From Trichinella spiralis (Eukaryota): 64,000 nt of DNA. A program made the translations under genes and the position numbers. Location of the stretch: the NCBI RefSeq assembly GCF_000181795.1, contig NW_003526947.1, positions 478,422 through 542,421 on the forward strand, read 5' to 3'. Below the pieces are notes generated by a model. The model did no database searches. It was not told the DNA's origin and saw only the letters and a program-made list of their open reading frames with translations. Shown here one piece after another: positions 1 to 13,600 of this stretch. Position 1 is the first letter of the stretch. Every line of letters begins with the position of its first letter.

Positions 1-1322
1 ATCTTCTTAATAAACTTTACAAATAAATAAAGAAAAAAAGATTAATAAACAATATAAAAAAATAACAGAATAGAAAAGGTCAAATATATTTTCTAGAAAA
101 TTATAATTTTAATGCGGAAAGATAGATTTTCTTTTCGTCAAAAAATACCATGTTTCTGTTGCTGAAAATAAATTTTTATTCTTCACAGCAAACATTCATA
201 CAAAGAAATCAAATGGAACATGAACATTTATTGCTAAAACAATTTTCAAAAGATGTTATTCAACGCCTAACAAAAAGTCGAGTAGAGTATACTGTAAAAT
301 AACGACAACCGTGAAGTTCATTTGAATACTGTCTTAATTCAACAACTTGCTGCAAAATTAATTAATTTAGCAATACTGATAATGAATTTCAAATATTTTT
401 GATATTTCAAATATTTTTATAAATAAAACTTTAGATGAAATTATTATAAATCTTTAATTGGTGTAATTTTTATTATGCAAGCTCACCTGCAAATAGTTAA
501 TTAAATATTTTGCTACAAAAATATATAAAAAATAATTTTGTTTTCATTTTTAGACACACAGTTAACATTTTAATTATTAAAAAAATTTTTTCAAATGCAT
601 CATTTTAATAAATATGATGTAGACAGAATTTTAATTCAAAAAATTGTTCGTCTGTTACACACACACACATCGTGCGCAACCGACAAAAACTTTAATTAAT
701 TAATTAATATTTTGTTTTATGACTGTTTCTAAATTATTTTTTGAAAAAATTTATTTGTTCTCGTAGCTGGACGCAGCATGCAGATAGAGTAGACTTGTAT
801 GAGCTTGAATACAGAAGCTGTAAAAGCAAACAAAAATATTGAAATATGAACCGAATTTTCCTTATTTTCAAATCAAATTCAAAAATTAAAAATATTCGAT
901 TATAATTAGATTTACATTTGTTCGATTTAGTTAAAAATAAAAAATAATGGTTGCACTGTGAATAAAAGCAAAAACTGATTAGCAATTATCGTTTCAAATT
1001 GATTCAAAAAAATGATGCACAGTTAATAAGGAAAACATATACGATGTGTAAAAATTGTTAATCAGCAAAGCCTGCTGTATAATCTAAACCGACATTTTCA
1101 TCCTTTTACTCTGATATATATATATAATTTTTCTTTCTACAATCCATTTCGCCCACAAGTCTCAATCAGCATTGTTCAGCTGGAAAACAAAACCCAAGTA
1201 AATCGTCTGTACCTATTTTTACTCGTTGCATTCCATGATCATTGTAAATTCACTATTCAATTAATTCCACGACTAATGGAACTCATTTGTTATGACATTT
1301 TACATAAATTTCAAATTTGCAT

Positions 1323-3143
1323 TTATTCAATGACAATGCGACGATTTGCCGTGTTGTTCGGTTTGCGCTTTTTAAACTCAACTTTAGCAGAAGATGATTC
1401 GGATGACACTGACGTAATTGGATTTTGCCTTTCTTTAAAAAGTGTCTCATTCTCTTCATGCCATTCCGAAGTAGAAGCGGTTGACTGCGACTGCTGATAC
1501 ATCAAATCCAACGTTTCAGCATCCGTTTCACAATAACTGAAAAAAAATAATTTCATGCATTATTGTATTCCACAGGTTGAAAAATGTAATTAAAAAAGAA
1601 CATACTTCCAAATTGGCTTGTCTACCGGTTGCCATTCTCCATACGGATGTCCAACAGATGCTTCATTCGATTGTTCATTTTCAGTTCGATAAGCACTGGA
1701 TAGCATAGCATCATACTTTTCTTCTTGTTTTATCACAGGCGCCTCCTGCTTAACCAAGGGCAACGACTTTTGTTCGAATGCTGCAAATGTTTCTGGTCGC
1801 TGAGCAACGCCCGCATTCTTCCGAATGGCCATTTGTGAACTCGAACCAGGTGCTAAACCCAAAGCCACCTCACGACGATTCATCTGCTTTTGCTGAGCTG
1901 CCAAAGAAACGTAACCTTCGGCTGGCTGTTCCCAAGTCGACTCACCAGTAGCACAATTCCAATAATACAGTAATCCTTCTGGAGTTGCACTTTCAAACCA
2001 AACTGCAAACGCTGACTCAGCCAATTCATCTTGAAACTGTCTCGTCGAAGCGGATGATGATGTTTCTAATAAACAAATGTTTAATTTAAAAAATTTCAAT
2101 TCACTTTTAATACATTTTCTTGTCTTCGAACAACAAAAACTATCCAAACTATTGTAGCAATCAATGTCTTTAGTTCTCATAACTGACAAATTACTTATAC
2201 CAAGCATTAGTCGTATTCAGAAAAAGCAAATACAAGAAAATAATTTAATAAATTCACAAACAATTCAAGTAAGCATGAGAGTTTATCAACTTTTTGTAAT
2301 TCACGTACCGTAACTCTCGCAGTGCAAATGAACATTCTAGCAAAATTAAAATTTCATTTTATTAATTCATTATCCGTACTTTCATAAAAGCTGCTTGACA
2401 AAAACAAAAATATCAAACACGAACAACTATTAAAATTATTATAAATAAACAGGTCATAAAACTAATATTATTTTGTAAAAAATAATAAAAATCAAATAAT
2501 TTTTATAAATATTATTATAATTACTTTTAGACTATTTGAAATGGTGAACACATTTTATAATTGTCAATCTTGAACAGCAACTTATAGAAAAATCAGAACA
2601 AAAATACAGTCACCAAATTTATAATTTAAAATGTCTTACCTATAAAGAACTGAACTATGCTTATTTATATTTCGATCTAGTGCAACATTAATAAATTATT
2701 CTTTTACATTTTATTTTATACTAAAAAAATTCTTAGACTAAACCGCAATAATAATGTAGTGCTTTAAATAAAAAAAAATATTCTCACTTTTCTTCGTAAA
2801 TCCTTGCGCATTTGTCTGAGACGATAATTTCGGGACATAACCATGCTTCACATCCTTGTTATATGAAGTGAGCGCTTCCTTAAATGAAAAAATTACCATG
2901 ACAAACAACATTAGCACTTCAAATATTATATACTTTTTCCATTGATGAAATAATTTTTTTTGTCTCAACCGCTTCTTTCAATCTCAGCCGCCCTTGTCGA
3001 GCTACATGGCGAAGTTTCAGTGCCACATTTGCTTTGTGTCTGGCGCCTTGTTCATGTTTTTGAATGCTCGGCTTATTGTCGTAATAAAAACACTTGCATA
3101 TTTCACAGTATTTCTTCGGAACCGATTTCCAGTATTCTGTCAT
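1323..3143 (-). CDS. WBP4: WW domain-binding protein 4 (FBP21) spliceosomal factor; exons 3143-2934, 2878-2788, 2065-1606, 1536-1323 (~324 aa)
   Basis: N-terminal U1C/matrin-type zinc finger MTEYWKSVPKKYCEICKC...HEQGARHKANV matches the WBP4 family start (MADYWKSQPKKFCDYCKC). WW domain WFESATPEGLLYYWNCATGESTWEQP; C-terminal PYGEWQ and FKKRK motifs. All three introns are GT-AG with matching phases (0,1,2); total 975 nt. Confidence 0.93.
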
Positions 3144-3612
3144 TCTTCTAAAGAAAATAAATAGTCATTTAAGGAAACAAAGACACCACTAAAAATGAAA
3201 CATTATCAATTTCGCTAAAAATGAATATGAATATACAATAAATTTATGAAAACAACGCGACAGGTTGAGCACTACTTGAACAGGTAAAATTTCGGCTGTC
3301 GTGCAATAAAATAAATCTAAAATAAATCAGCAGAAATTTTTCTTCACAAATGATTGTTGTAACGTTACATTCATCATCATCGAAATACTGTAGGAAAATG
3401 TATACAGTAAATTAAATGAAAATTAGGTATTTATAATTTAAATCTAATTGACATTTATCTTATCTACGATCTTTAATCTTATTATAAGAACAACCACTTT
3501 AACTGCAATTTATTTAATTAATGATTAAAACCTTAATTAAGTTTTTCAGTAATATAGTTTTTAATGCTTTTCAAATTTTAGAAATTGCTGAGAAAATGCA
3601 AATATATATATG

Positions 3613-4350
3613 TACGTGCATACCCCACTTAAAACGTTCTTGAAAAATAAGCGTTAAGCAAAACTGCGTTGTAGAAGGTCGTTATAGCATGTGTTTATAG
3701 TACATCGGTTCCAACAAAAGTCAGAATATATACAACAAAATGTATTTGAAATATTATTAAAATGTTTACATGCTTTATTACTCACATTCATCATTGTGAT
3801 GATGGACCAGCCTTTGATTCCTCAACCTTAGATTTCTAAGTAATGAAACTCAAGCGTTAGCTGTCCTTACTTTCTTCTCATGTAGAATTTCTTGATAATA
3901 AGATATCATTTCAAGAACATCCCGTCTTGATTTGTAACTTCGCTTATCAACAGGATCCTGTTGTATGAACTGATCCATAATTTGTGCAATGTTGATGATG
4001 TTGTTCTTAAGAAATTCTGCTGTTAGAGTTGTCAAAGGTATATCCACTTTTGAATCAACGACTGTTGGTTTATTATCAGTGCATAGCTCTGCCGGTTGTT
4101 TTAAGTCATCATTGCTAAAGCTCTCGTTGTGAGATAACAAACAGAGCACACCAAAAATATATGACTGAATATATAAAAACGAGCAGAATCCAAACCAGCT
4201 ATTGTAAATGACTAACAAAATGTATGGGACAACTCAAGCAACATGATGTAATAAAAACGTTTCAGTGCTGTTAAAAATATTTAGCTAAATTTCTTGCTTT
4301 AAGGAAAAATGAGTCACGTGACATGCCAAAAAACAGCGTTAAGCGTTATA
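3613..4350 (-). mobile_element. Degenerate pogo/Tigger-family DNA transposon remnant (C-terminal transposase fragment, internally deleted)
   Basis: ORF 3850-4218 contains AQIMDQFIQQDPVDKRSYKSRRDVLEMISYYQEILHEKK, resembling the Tigger C-terminal F..QDP..R..K....V...I..Y..I..EKK motif. Frameshifted continuation QLTLE...KSKVEESKAGPSSQ. GCGTTAAGC motif occurs at ~3651 and ~4337, with TA-rich flanks. Boundaries are approximate. Confidence 0.6.
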
Positions 4351-4826
4351 TATATTTATTTATTTATTTACATTTCTTAGTTATTATTTACTTATTTTGT
4401 AGCAAGATTTCAATTTTTCTCATTTATCGTTTATAAGAATTTAAGTTGCGACGTAACTGAATGTGATAGGTCCAGTAATCATGGCTTATATTGCTTATAG
4501 TGTTACAACAAAGTTCAAAAAATTTTTCAAGAGTTGAAATAACTTCAAATTTCAGCTATGGGTATTTATAAACTTATAAAATAGAATGAACTTTAAATTT
4601 AGAAAAAGATTGTTATTCATAACTTTTATTTCGTTTTTGAAATACATCAGATTTTCAATGCCTGCAGCATTTTCTAATAATTATAAATTGAAATTAAGAG
4701 AAAAGAATGCCCAGTGTAAAATAAATTTGCATATACATGCCTTTTACATAGTTGAAGTTATTGTTTATTTCTAAGTCTCAAGTATTATCAATTACTATAA
4801 GGTCTTAAAATAAAGTATCTGGTGAT

Positions 4827-5548
4827 ATGCGCGCTGAGTTGGATTCCAGTGTTGACATCGACCAAATGCTGCTATGTGAACGAAATTTACAGGTATAAAA
4901 AGGCACAGTTACATTATTAAATATTAAAGTTCATTATATATTTTACATTATTAAAATCATGGAGCTTTAAAATTACTTTTAGATATTAAGAAGAACCCGA
5001 GATGCTTGCATAGTTGAACTGGCATACTGGAAAATAAATGACACAATAAAAGTAATATTTATTACTTAGTTAGGGATATGTGCAATAAGAATTTTTATTA
5101 TAAAGGAGGTTAAAAACATCGCTTATCATGTGCCCTCATTCAGAAAAAAGCTAAAAGAAATAAAGGTAAAGTGTATTGTAAAAATGCTTGTAAGAAAAAA
5201 AATATATTTACAGAGTACATTAGATTGTATATTCTGATATTTTTTTAACAAATATGCAGTTTTCATAAAGATACCACTTTATGGAATTTTACTGAAGATT
5301 AAGCAGTGGTGTAGAACCATAAATTTTGATTACAAAAGTAATAGCTGAAAAACTTAACTTTGAAGCATTCCTTGGACACTGCAAGTGCGTTGGTAAGAAA
5401 ACTGAATTCAAGATGTTTACTTGAATCTGAAACTGAAAGTGACCTTGGTGACTGTCAAGCCGCACAAACAATGGGTGAACGAAATTCAACCAGCTTCAAC
5501 TCAACAGAATTTTGTGCAATAAGTACACCTGTAAGAGGAAGAAAATAA
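4827..5548 (+). CDS. Putative small 4-exon coiled-coil protein (~132 aa), possibly a Snapin/Pallidin (BLOC-1) family member; exons 4827-4892, 4983-5051, 5106-5165, 5345-5548
   Basis: ATG at 4827; three GT-AG phase-0 introns (90, 54, 179 nt) join into one open frame: MRAELDSSVDIDQMLLCERNLQ-ILRRTRDACIVELAYWKINDTIK-EVKNIAYHVPSFRKKLKEIK-LKNLTLKHSLDTASALVRKLNSRC...GRK*. The last acceptor is weak. The family assignment rests only on a P-F-xx-KL-xx-IK helical pattern. Confidence 0.45.
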
Positions 5549-6135
5549 TGTAATAGTTCATTACTTAAAATTATAAAGCAGTTGTTATTTTATAATAAAT
5601 TTTAGGTCACATTTGTGATTTCTGCTTGAACTAGACCGCATTTCAGTTATGTTCATTTACTGCTGCATGTTCATACTGAACTGTTCATTTTGAATTTTTT
5701 AAACTGTGACTAACAGAAACAACATGTGCAAGAAAAAGAAATGCTTTCCTGGAAATTGATATGATTTACAAACTGTTCTTTGCATACCATAAATTACATT
5801 TCATTGCACATTACTGGTGTTAAAAGCTTTCTTAATGATTTTGTTAAATGCACAAAATTTATTTCTTTTGTGCAACCATGCTAATTCATGTAAATTCTTT
5901 AATCTTATGTTTTCAGCTGATGAATGAAATAAATAAATACCATTTCTTTTAAAATATGCACAAAAGTTTGCAACATTATTTGTTGCAGAAGAGTTTTTAT
6001 TTTTGCTTATTAAATTCGATGCTTAGTTAGCATTTGGTTTTGGCTTGAAAATTCGAATTTATTAAAAGTTATTCATTTGCGTTTTGCAACGCGAGTTGTA
6101 GCATAATCATAATCAAGTATACACATATAAATTGT

Positions 6136-7662
6136 TTATCCGAGAAAAAATCCCCAATAATAGATGTTGAAAAGCAAAAAGGCTGAAGGAAACATCACTA
6201 TAGAAATACCATCAATTTTCTTCGCTGTCAGAACAGGGCATTTCCAACACAACCAAGAGCATTCACATCTAAAATATTCACATTAAATACAGAAAAAATA
6301 ATAATGTTTTAATAAATACTTTAATGTGTTGTTTATATTGTTGCGCGTTAAATAACCAACGGCAGCTAGTTCGAGCAGGGAGCAAAAAATGAAAGCCATG
6401 CAACAAAGAATCCATACATCAATGGCTTTCACATCAGAAGTTTTTGGCAAATCAGTTAAAATAGAACCAAACTAGAACGACATCTTTTTTATCATCAGAA
6501 TCAGATTTATCAATGCTTACTTGAAATGTTAGTGCTAACAATGAATGCACACCTAACATTGTTCTCGGTTGTATCATGTCTGCATCAAGAAAAAACGATA
6601 TCCAAGATATCAATACAACCAAGTAGGCCGGAACGTACGCTTGCAGTATATAAAAACCATACTGTCTCTGAAATTTTTAAATATTATTATTCAAAAATTT
6701 GTTTTCTAAAATGACAACAGTGTACAACCTGGAAAGTAAATGTGGCTGTCAGCTCATGCCATCGACCTGGTGGATAGTTCTGAAAATTTTCAATACAGAA
6801 CTGTCGTATCAACGAGTAAAAAGAATTAAAATTAAATTAAAAATGTACAGTTATTTGAAATGAGTAAAATTAAAATTATTTTTACTCGTTGAACATGGAG
6901 TGCAGAGTAATCGATCAGTTTGTAATCAGGAAGGCGAATTTCTTTGAGTAAAGTTATTGGATTGACGTCAATCCATTTTAGCTGAACTTCGTCAGCATTG
7001 TATGTGAAACTTTCATAGGTGAGAAAGCAACGTTGTCGGTCGATTGGCTGTAAAAAATTATGATGATAAATTTATATCGATGAAGTAAAATGGTTAATTT
7101 TATATACAAATGTTTTTAAATCTTTTTCACAAGGTCCGGTCAACTTGATCCGATAATTAACCCATACTGTGCCATTTGAATACTAGAATGAAGTTAAATT
7201 CTTATCTGTGAATTTTTTAATTAATTAAAAAAAAAACAAAATTACAATCATTAAAAATATATTTGTAAATGGAGAACGATGAACGGATGCTGATTTGCTG
7301 TTGACAAAGCAACAGCTCGGATTCCAGAGGCGTTTGAGCAACGTGTTACTGTCTAGTGATAAATTTCCTTTGCAAGGATTGAGATGATTAAACGCAAGTG
7401 ATGGATCATTCCAAGCTTCGGTCATGTATATGTCGAGTTCAAATTCAGAGCGAAGTTCGTTGATTTTTGATATTTCTTGTACCCAGAGTTCAATTTCTAC
7501 CAAAACTTTACCACCAGTGGGCAGCTGATTTTTGTGATGCACTCGAAGCAGTTCGTCCACAATCCATGAATCATTTTTGCACAGTGCTTCCGATTGCACA
7601 GTCATGCCTAATTTTGACAGCATCCAAAGCTGCCATAGGAAGAACACGATCCTGTGCAGCAT
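6136..7662 (-). CDS. acc-4: Cys-loop ligand-gated ion channel subunit, acetylcholine-gated chloride channel (ACC) family, ACC-4-like; exons 7662-7246, 7182-7108, 7047-6886, 6779-6729, 6667-6521, 6471-6320, 6268-6136 (~378 aa)
   Basis: Signal peptide; [18 protein letters not shown]; Cys-loop [16 protein letters not shown]1 [24 protein letters not shown]2-M3 LLALTFQFG...[15 protein letters not shown]. The very short M3-M4 loop with CECSWLC and the M4 [11 protein letters not shown] are characteristic of nematode ACC-4. Six GT-AG introns, phases consistent; 1137 nt. Confidence 0.9.
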
Positions 7663-10600
7663 CGCCTTGGCCGCTTTTCAGCCATGTTCACCGGCCAATA
7701 AGGCTCAATGAAATGAACATGAAGCTCGCAATATTCCACTTTGTAAATTGCAAACAGCACCATTCATCGAGCAGCTGTAGTTCTTTCTAAGAAAATCAAA
7801 TATGAAATGGTTTCAAATTTTGCAAATTGTAAACTGCACGCGCAAAGGAATTTTCACGCTAATCTCAGCTAATTAACAGCTGATTTGTTTGAAAACTTCT
7901 TCAGCAGATAAATTTCCTTAAGCTTATTAGATGATTTAGCACTTCTGCGTGGCTAATTTCAAAAACATTACTAATTTTGATAGCATAAACATAGACATGC
8001 ACGATATGTTGGTTTTACTTTTGAAAAATAAACTAATGCTTTAATTAATTCAATTGAAACAAATATTAATAATTTGGTTTTACTTTGGAAAAAATGTCAA
8101 AAGTGTCTAATTTCTGTCGTAATAGCATGATAAAATTCTTTGAAATCAGCACAATATAAATTCAAATTACACAACTTTGAATGTTGAACTTGAAAATAAA
8201 AATGTTGTGAATGCTCATTTTAATAAAGAGGCCACCGATTCTGAGGTTTGAAACTAAAATAATTGATAATGGAACTTTTAAATAATGCAATTGTATAAAA
8301 AAAATTAAGCTTAGCTGACAAATTAAGCATTCATGTGAAAAACATGGTCGCTTTATAATTTAATGCTTAAAATTTCAAAAATTTAATCTGATTCTCTGTT
8401 TAGAATCAAACGCTTTTCCAGATAATCTTTCTGCATTTCAAACCATTTAGCCAAGCGTAATCAAACAATTCCTCATTGTAGTTTGAAATTTATTCGGATA
8501 CTAAAAGGCAATTATCAGAAAATAACAGTAAAATAAAACATAATAGCTGCATTTTATGCAGATTAAATGATTGTAAAAATGAAAATCAATAATATAGCAA
8601 TTTTAGGCTATGAAATTTTGATGCTGATAATATCTGATCAAACATGAATGTCTAAAGCGCTCTTCAAGTGTTTCAGCTTTAAAATTTATGAGTCAGATGT
8701 TACAATAGCCTACTAATATAATTATTAATATTCTGAGCTGAAAGTCGCTCTGCGTCATGCACTTATTTTTATGCTTGCAATTTTTTTTCAATTTTAAAGT
8801 TTAATGTTAAAATTTTAAACATGCTTTGACGTGAAAAATTTTGTTTTACAATCAAAATACAACCACTCAAAACTTACTGCTTTTTTCTGTGCAACTTTTA
8901 TATTGTTTTATTAGAGAATAATTTTTGTTTTACTCAATTTACTTTGAGACGCACGTGCTGAAGCGTCGTCTGTTCGCTATTGATAAAAGCATGCAGTTTT
9001 ATTATCTCTACCTCTTTTAGAGATTATGCATTTAGTTGTGTTCTATTTACGTTCATCCATGCTTTGATAGCTTCTAGAAACATTGATTCATGTTAACAAT
9101 TATGCTTGAAAAAGGAAAACAAGCTGAAATCAATAATCAGGTGTTCATTTAAAATGATCTGCTTTGAAACTATTCTTTTTTAAAGCATCTCTTTTGAAAA
9201 TATACAATGAACTGCACTGAGCGATTTTCTGAAATTAAAATTGCATTTATTAAAAATTCACTTGATTGACCTAGTTTAGTAAATATTTGAACATGGTCTA
9301 TGTTGTTGCATTTTCCATAATATTGAAAAATTCAAACGCTAATAGCTACTTCAAATATCAGAGCGATTTAAAAAATTACAAATAATTTAAAACAAAAAAT
9401 TTTTGAATAACTTACAAATATAATGCAAGCAGTCACGTATATTAATCAACTACACATGAATACAAAATGAACGTTTCAGTTAGCAGATTGTTTGAGAAAG
9501 TAGCTCACGCTATCTTAGCTCACAAATTGTAAGCTAACTGCCGTGAAACTTAAACTCTGAGTACGTTAAACGGAGGAGTTTTTGCACTTAAAAATGAAGT
9601 GCCAAAAATGTGCAATACTCGATGTTCATGCTGACACTGGTCAGTATCATATTGCTTATTTGTATAAGATACGCTGAAATAGTGAAAGAAGATATCAAGT
9701 GAAAATTTCAGAAATGACAAGTATACAAACAGTTTTGTAAGAAGGCGTCATAATTTAATATTTGATTACAATATTTCATGCATCTTGTCTGACTTACTAA
9801 CAGTGTGGATTGATCATTTACACTCTAAGAAGAAAGATTAAGCATTGAAACCAAGCAACCAAGGAAGAAAATTCCTTCAAAGAAACAGTTAAAAGCTTTT
9901 CAGTTAGAGAAGAACTGTAAGAAGTCAATTTTAATGTATTTAATTTTAAACAATTTTGAAACAGCAAAAAAGAGGAACAGCCAATTATTCAAGCTGCATT
10001 AATGTGCTATGGCGTCAGCAAGAAGTGAATAAGTGATTTGCACGTTCTCAGTGCTAGTGTATTGCTAAAGTCAGAATTTTTCAATACATTCATCCTTGAC
10101 TTGAGGCAGAAATGCATCATAAATTGGCTGAAAATTTTTCATTGATCTGCTGAAACATCGTCAACATCGATTGGTAAGATTCTGACTGGCGCAGCATGGC
10201 AAAACGCTGACAATCTGATATGCAGTTAACCTTATTGACTTTTAGCTATCCAAAAAAAAGTCGTTTCAAAAACGACAATTTTTAGCTTGTCATCACTAAA
10301 TTGTAGACCTATAAATGTTTCTACGTCCAGAAAGAGGAAAATAAACTGCCCCACATTAGCACTGATGCACGTAAATTAAAAGCATGCGTCACTAGGTGAA
10401 TGCAGCTTTTGATTTGCTTCGCTTTTCTCAATGTTTATTTACAACAACCAACTGCAAATATTAACATCAAAAATGGCAATTTTTAAATTATGTCACAAAA
10501 GGAATTTTTTCATCTTCACAATTTTCTCATGAAAATTGTAATATATGTTTTTTACAATAAAATATTTATTCCCTTTAAATAAATAATTTGTTGCTTCATC

Positions 10601-13600
10601 TGTTGTGAAATTTGCATCTAGCTTATTCATAATACAAGTTTGAAATGTGATTTATTCATAAAATTTAGGTATTTTCGAGAAACTTCAAGACGCATATTTG
10701 CACGTCATGTGTCGATGAAATGTTTTTGCAGATTGTTTTTAAACTTTTCAATTGAGTTGTAGTCGCTTTTTAAAATACTTGTTCATTTTATTGCACTTTA
10801 GACGTGGACAATGTGCTTTTACATTATGTACATAGATCGATCTATTCAAGTTAAACATTTTCCATATAGAAGCTACATAAAATTATTAGCGCTATTCAAA
10901 GTTTGTTAAAAAGAAAAACTGTCATCGATCATGACAACTGAAGATTGTATTTTATTTTAATACAATATTTCAGACAATATGCTTCCAAAAATCTTGCTTC
11001 TGCATACATTTCAAATGAATTCTGAGAAAACTTATTACACATCATTCATAAATAAATTTGATTGTCATAAAAGAATTTATAAATTGACTTTAAAACTGCC
11101 CAAAATAGATTACTTAAAAAAATGATCATCAATATATTAGTACTAAAAATTAATAAAATGTCATGTATAAACCATAATAATGCATGCTATTCTTCATTTT
11201 TATCAAAAATTTCTCTGAAAATAATTCAAAACATGTTGATTTGCCTTCTAATAAATAGTGCTGATTTTATATAGAATTGAAATAAAATTTCTTCTTTTAT
11301 ATTAGGAATAAATTTTTTCTTGTACTTTCTTGACTTGCACATCTAAAATGCTATAATTTTGCTCATAAATAATTTTATTATAAGTATACTTTTCATAGCG
11401 AATGAACTACAAGCAAATGAGAGTATTATACGTAAGAATACATGTTACAAGCACAGTGACAAATTTTCTAAACAGAACAATTAGCAAATGATAAAGCAGC
11501 TTTTATTCATGTCCAACATTATAGATATTTAAGAAAATAATACACAAAATGCTTCTTTGTTGTAGTGATTCCAAAGTGGCTCCAGTTATAAAAGAAAAAT
11601 TCACAAAAGCATTCATACTAGTTTAAAGTATGAAATACCGCATAAAACACCAAAGATTAGTGCAAGAAGTGAATGAACAGGAATTAGTAATTCAAGTTAT
11701 TAAACAACTTTCCGAAGTTTTTAATAAGAAAATTGACCAAAGTCTATGCAAATAATAAAAAAATATCTATATTCTACAGTCGATACTAGATTTATTCTTG
11801 TTCTTAAAGAATGTTTTGTTTAAATTTCAAGTTTCGAAGCTGGAAAATTTACGTGTATATATATGAATTTATGATAAAATGTATTACCATGTACAATTAA
11901 TTACTCACTGACTTTATTAACTTTATACCTAATTGTTATTATTATATAAAAATTAACTTAAATGTTAAAATTGTGCTTCAAATTGAGCCGCGATAAGTCT
12001 TTTACAAAGCTAAAAAATACTTTCAAAAATTCTATATTTGCTAACGTCTTGTTTTTATATTATTTCCATAAGTTATAAAAATTATTTTAAAAAATATCGT
12101 TTCAAAAACAGTTATTTGCAAGCTTGAATTGATTGAATTATTAAGATTTTTATTGAATATGAATAGGAATCTTTATTGTATTTATTATAGAATAGAATTC
12201 AATAATTTAATGTTACAAGTTTTATGTAATATTTTACAGTTTAAGTCCTTTTAAAAAATTGAATTGATGCCTGCAACGTTGAGCTGACAAATGCTAAAAA
12301 TAAAGGCTTAACAAACTGAAACAACATAGATACAGTTTATTAAAATAATCGGCAGAGTTCAGCTTGAATAGGAGTGAAAATTTTTCAAAAATGAAATTAA
12401 ATCAAGATTATCAATATTCCTTCACTTCGAACAGGAATTACAAACCAGCTGCATTAATCTCATGCAAAATGACCTACCTAGCTAGCGTAAATCAAATGTT
12501 CAGTGCTATATGCTGATTGAATCAGATTGAACCGTTCATCATTTTCATCTCTACCATTCATAAAGTTATCCATTAGATAAAATTTGCAATCAATTATAGC
12601 ATTGTTTTGTCCAGAATATGGAAAAATAATATTTATTCATCTTTTTCATTTATTGAAAAACAACTTTATCCAAAATAAATCGAATTTTTATGAAATTTCA
12701 TTTCATATTGCTTCATAAAGTTTTTTTATTCATAGATTATTTTTTAATATCGTTTTGGAAATTTTGATTTAACTTTATACTTATATATATATATTTTTTT
12801 TTGAAAACTGAATTATTTTATCGTAAATGTTCCAAAGACAGTTTGATTTGATAAGAAAATTAAATTAATTTGAACGAATGAACCGCGTTGTATAATTCAA
12901 TTGTTTATAATAAAGTGAATCTTTACAATAGAGAATCCGAATAAAAGCAAGAAAATGCTAATTGTTCATACTTTTGATCATTCAGTAATGCTATCAACAT
13001 TATTGATTAATTATTGCTCAAACTTTCATAGCAAAGCAATAAAGTTTTGGCATATATAGTGTTTTTACATTTTCAATTTTATATTTTCGAATGTTTTTTA
13101 AATTAATACCAATAATTCTTTTTGCTTCATTATTATAGTCAGTCAGATCTATTACAAATAGTTCAAAAGTTCCAAAAGTTAGAATTTGTGTAAAATTTTG
13201 CAACGCTATTTTTATGTATTTAAACATATTAAAAAAAACATTGCTACATCCATTTACTATTGGAAAAGTCCAATAAATTTATTTTTATTGCAGTCTGTAC
13301 AAAATATAGTCATTTTAAAAAGTTTCAAATAACAGTTTGCAATGAAAAAGATGAATCAAAAGCGATAAAAATGAAATGTAGGGTTTCCTGCTTTTTTTTT
13401 AAATTTTAAAAGCCCCGTTATAAATTTCGATCACAGCAGCTGTATTATTTAAAACAGCTATTCAAACATGTGAAGAAGCGATTTATATGCAGTTTTGAGT
13501 TGTTTTCAAGTTTTATTTACAACGGAAGAGTGCGAATAAGCGCGCTTTTATTACTTTCGGTTAAATGTATCATTTCGCCCTTTTTCCAAGACAAATAACC

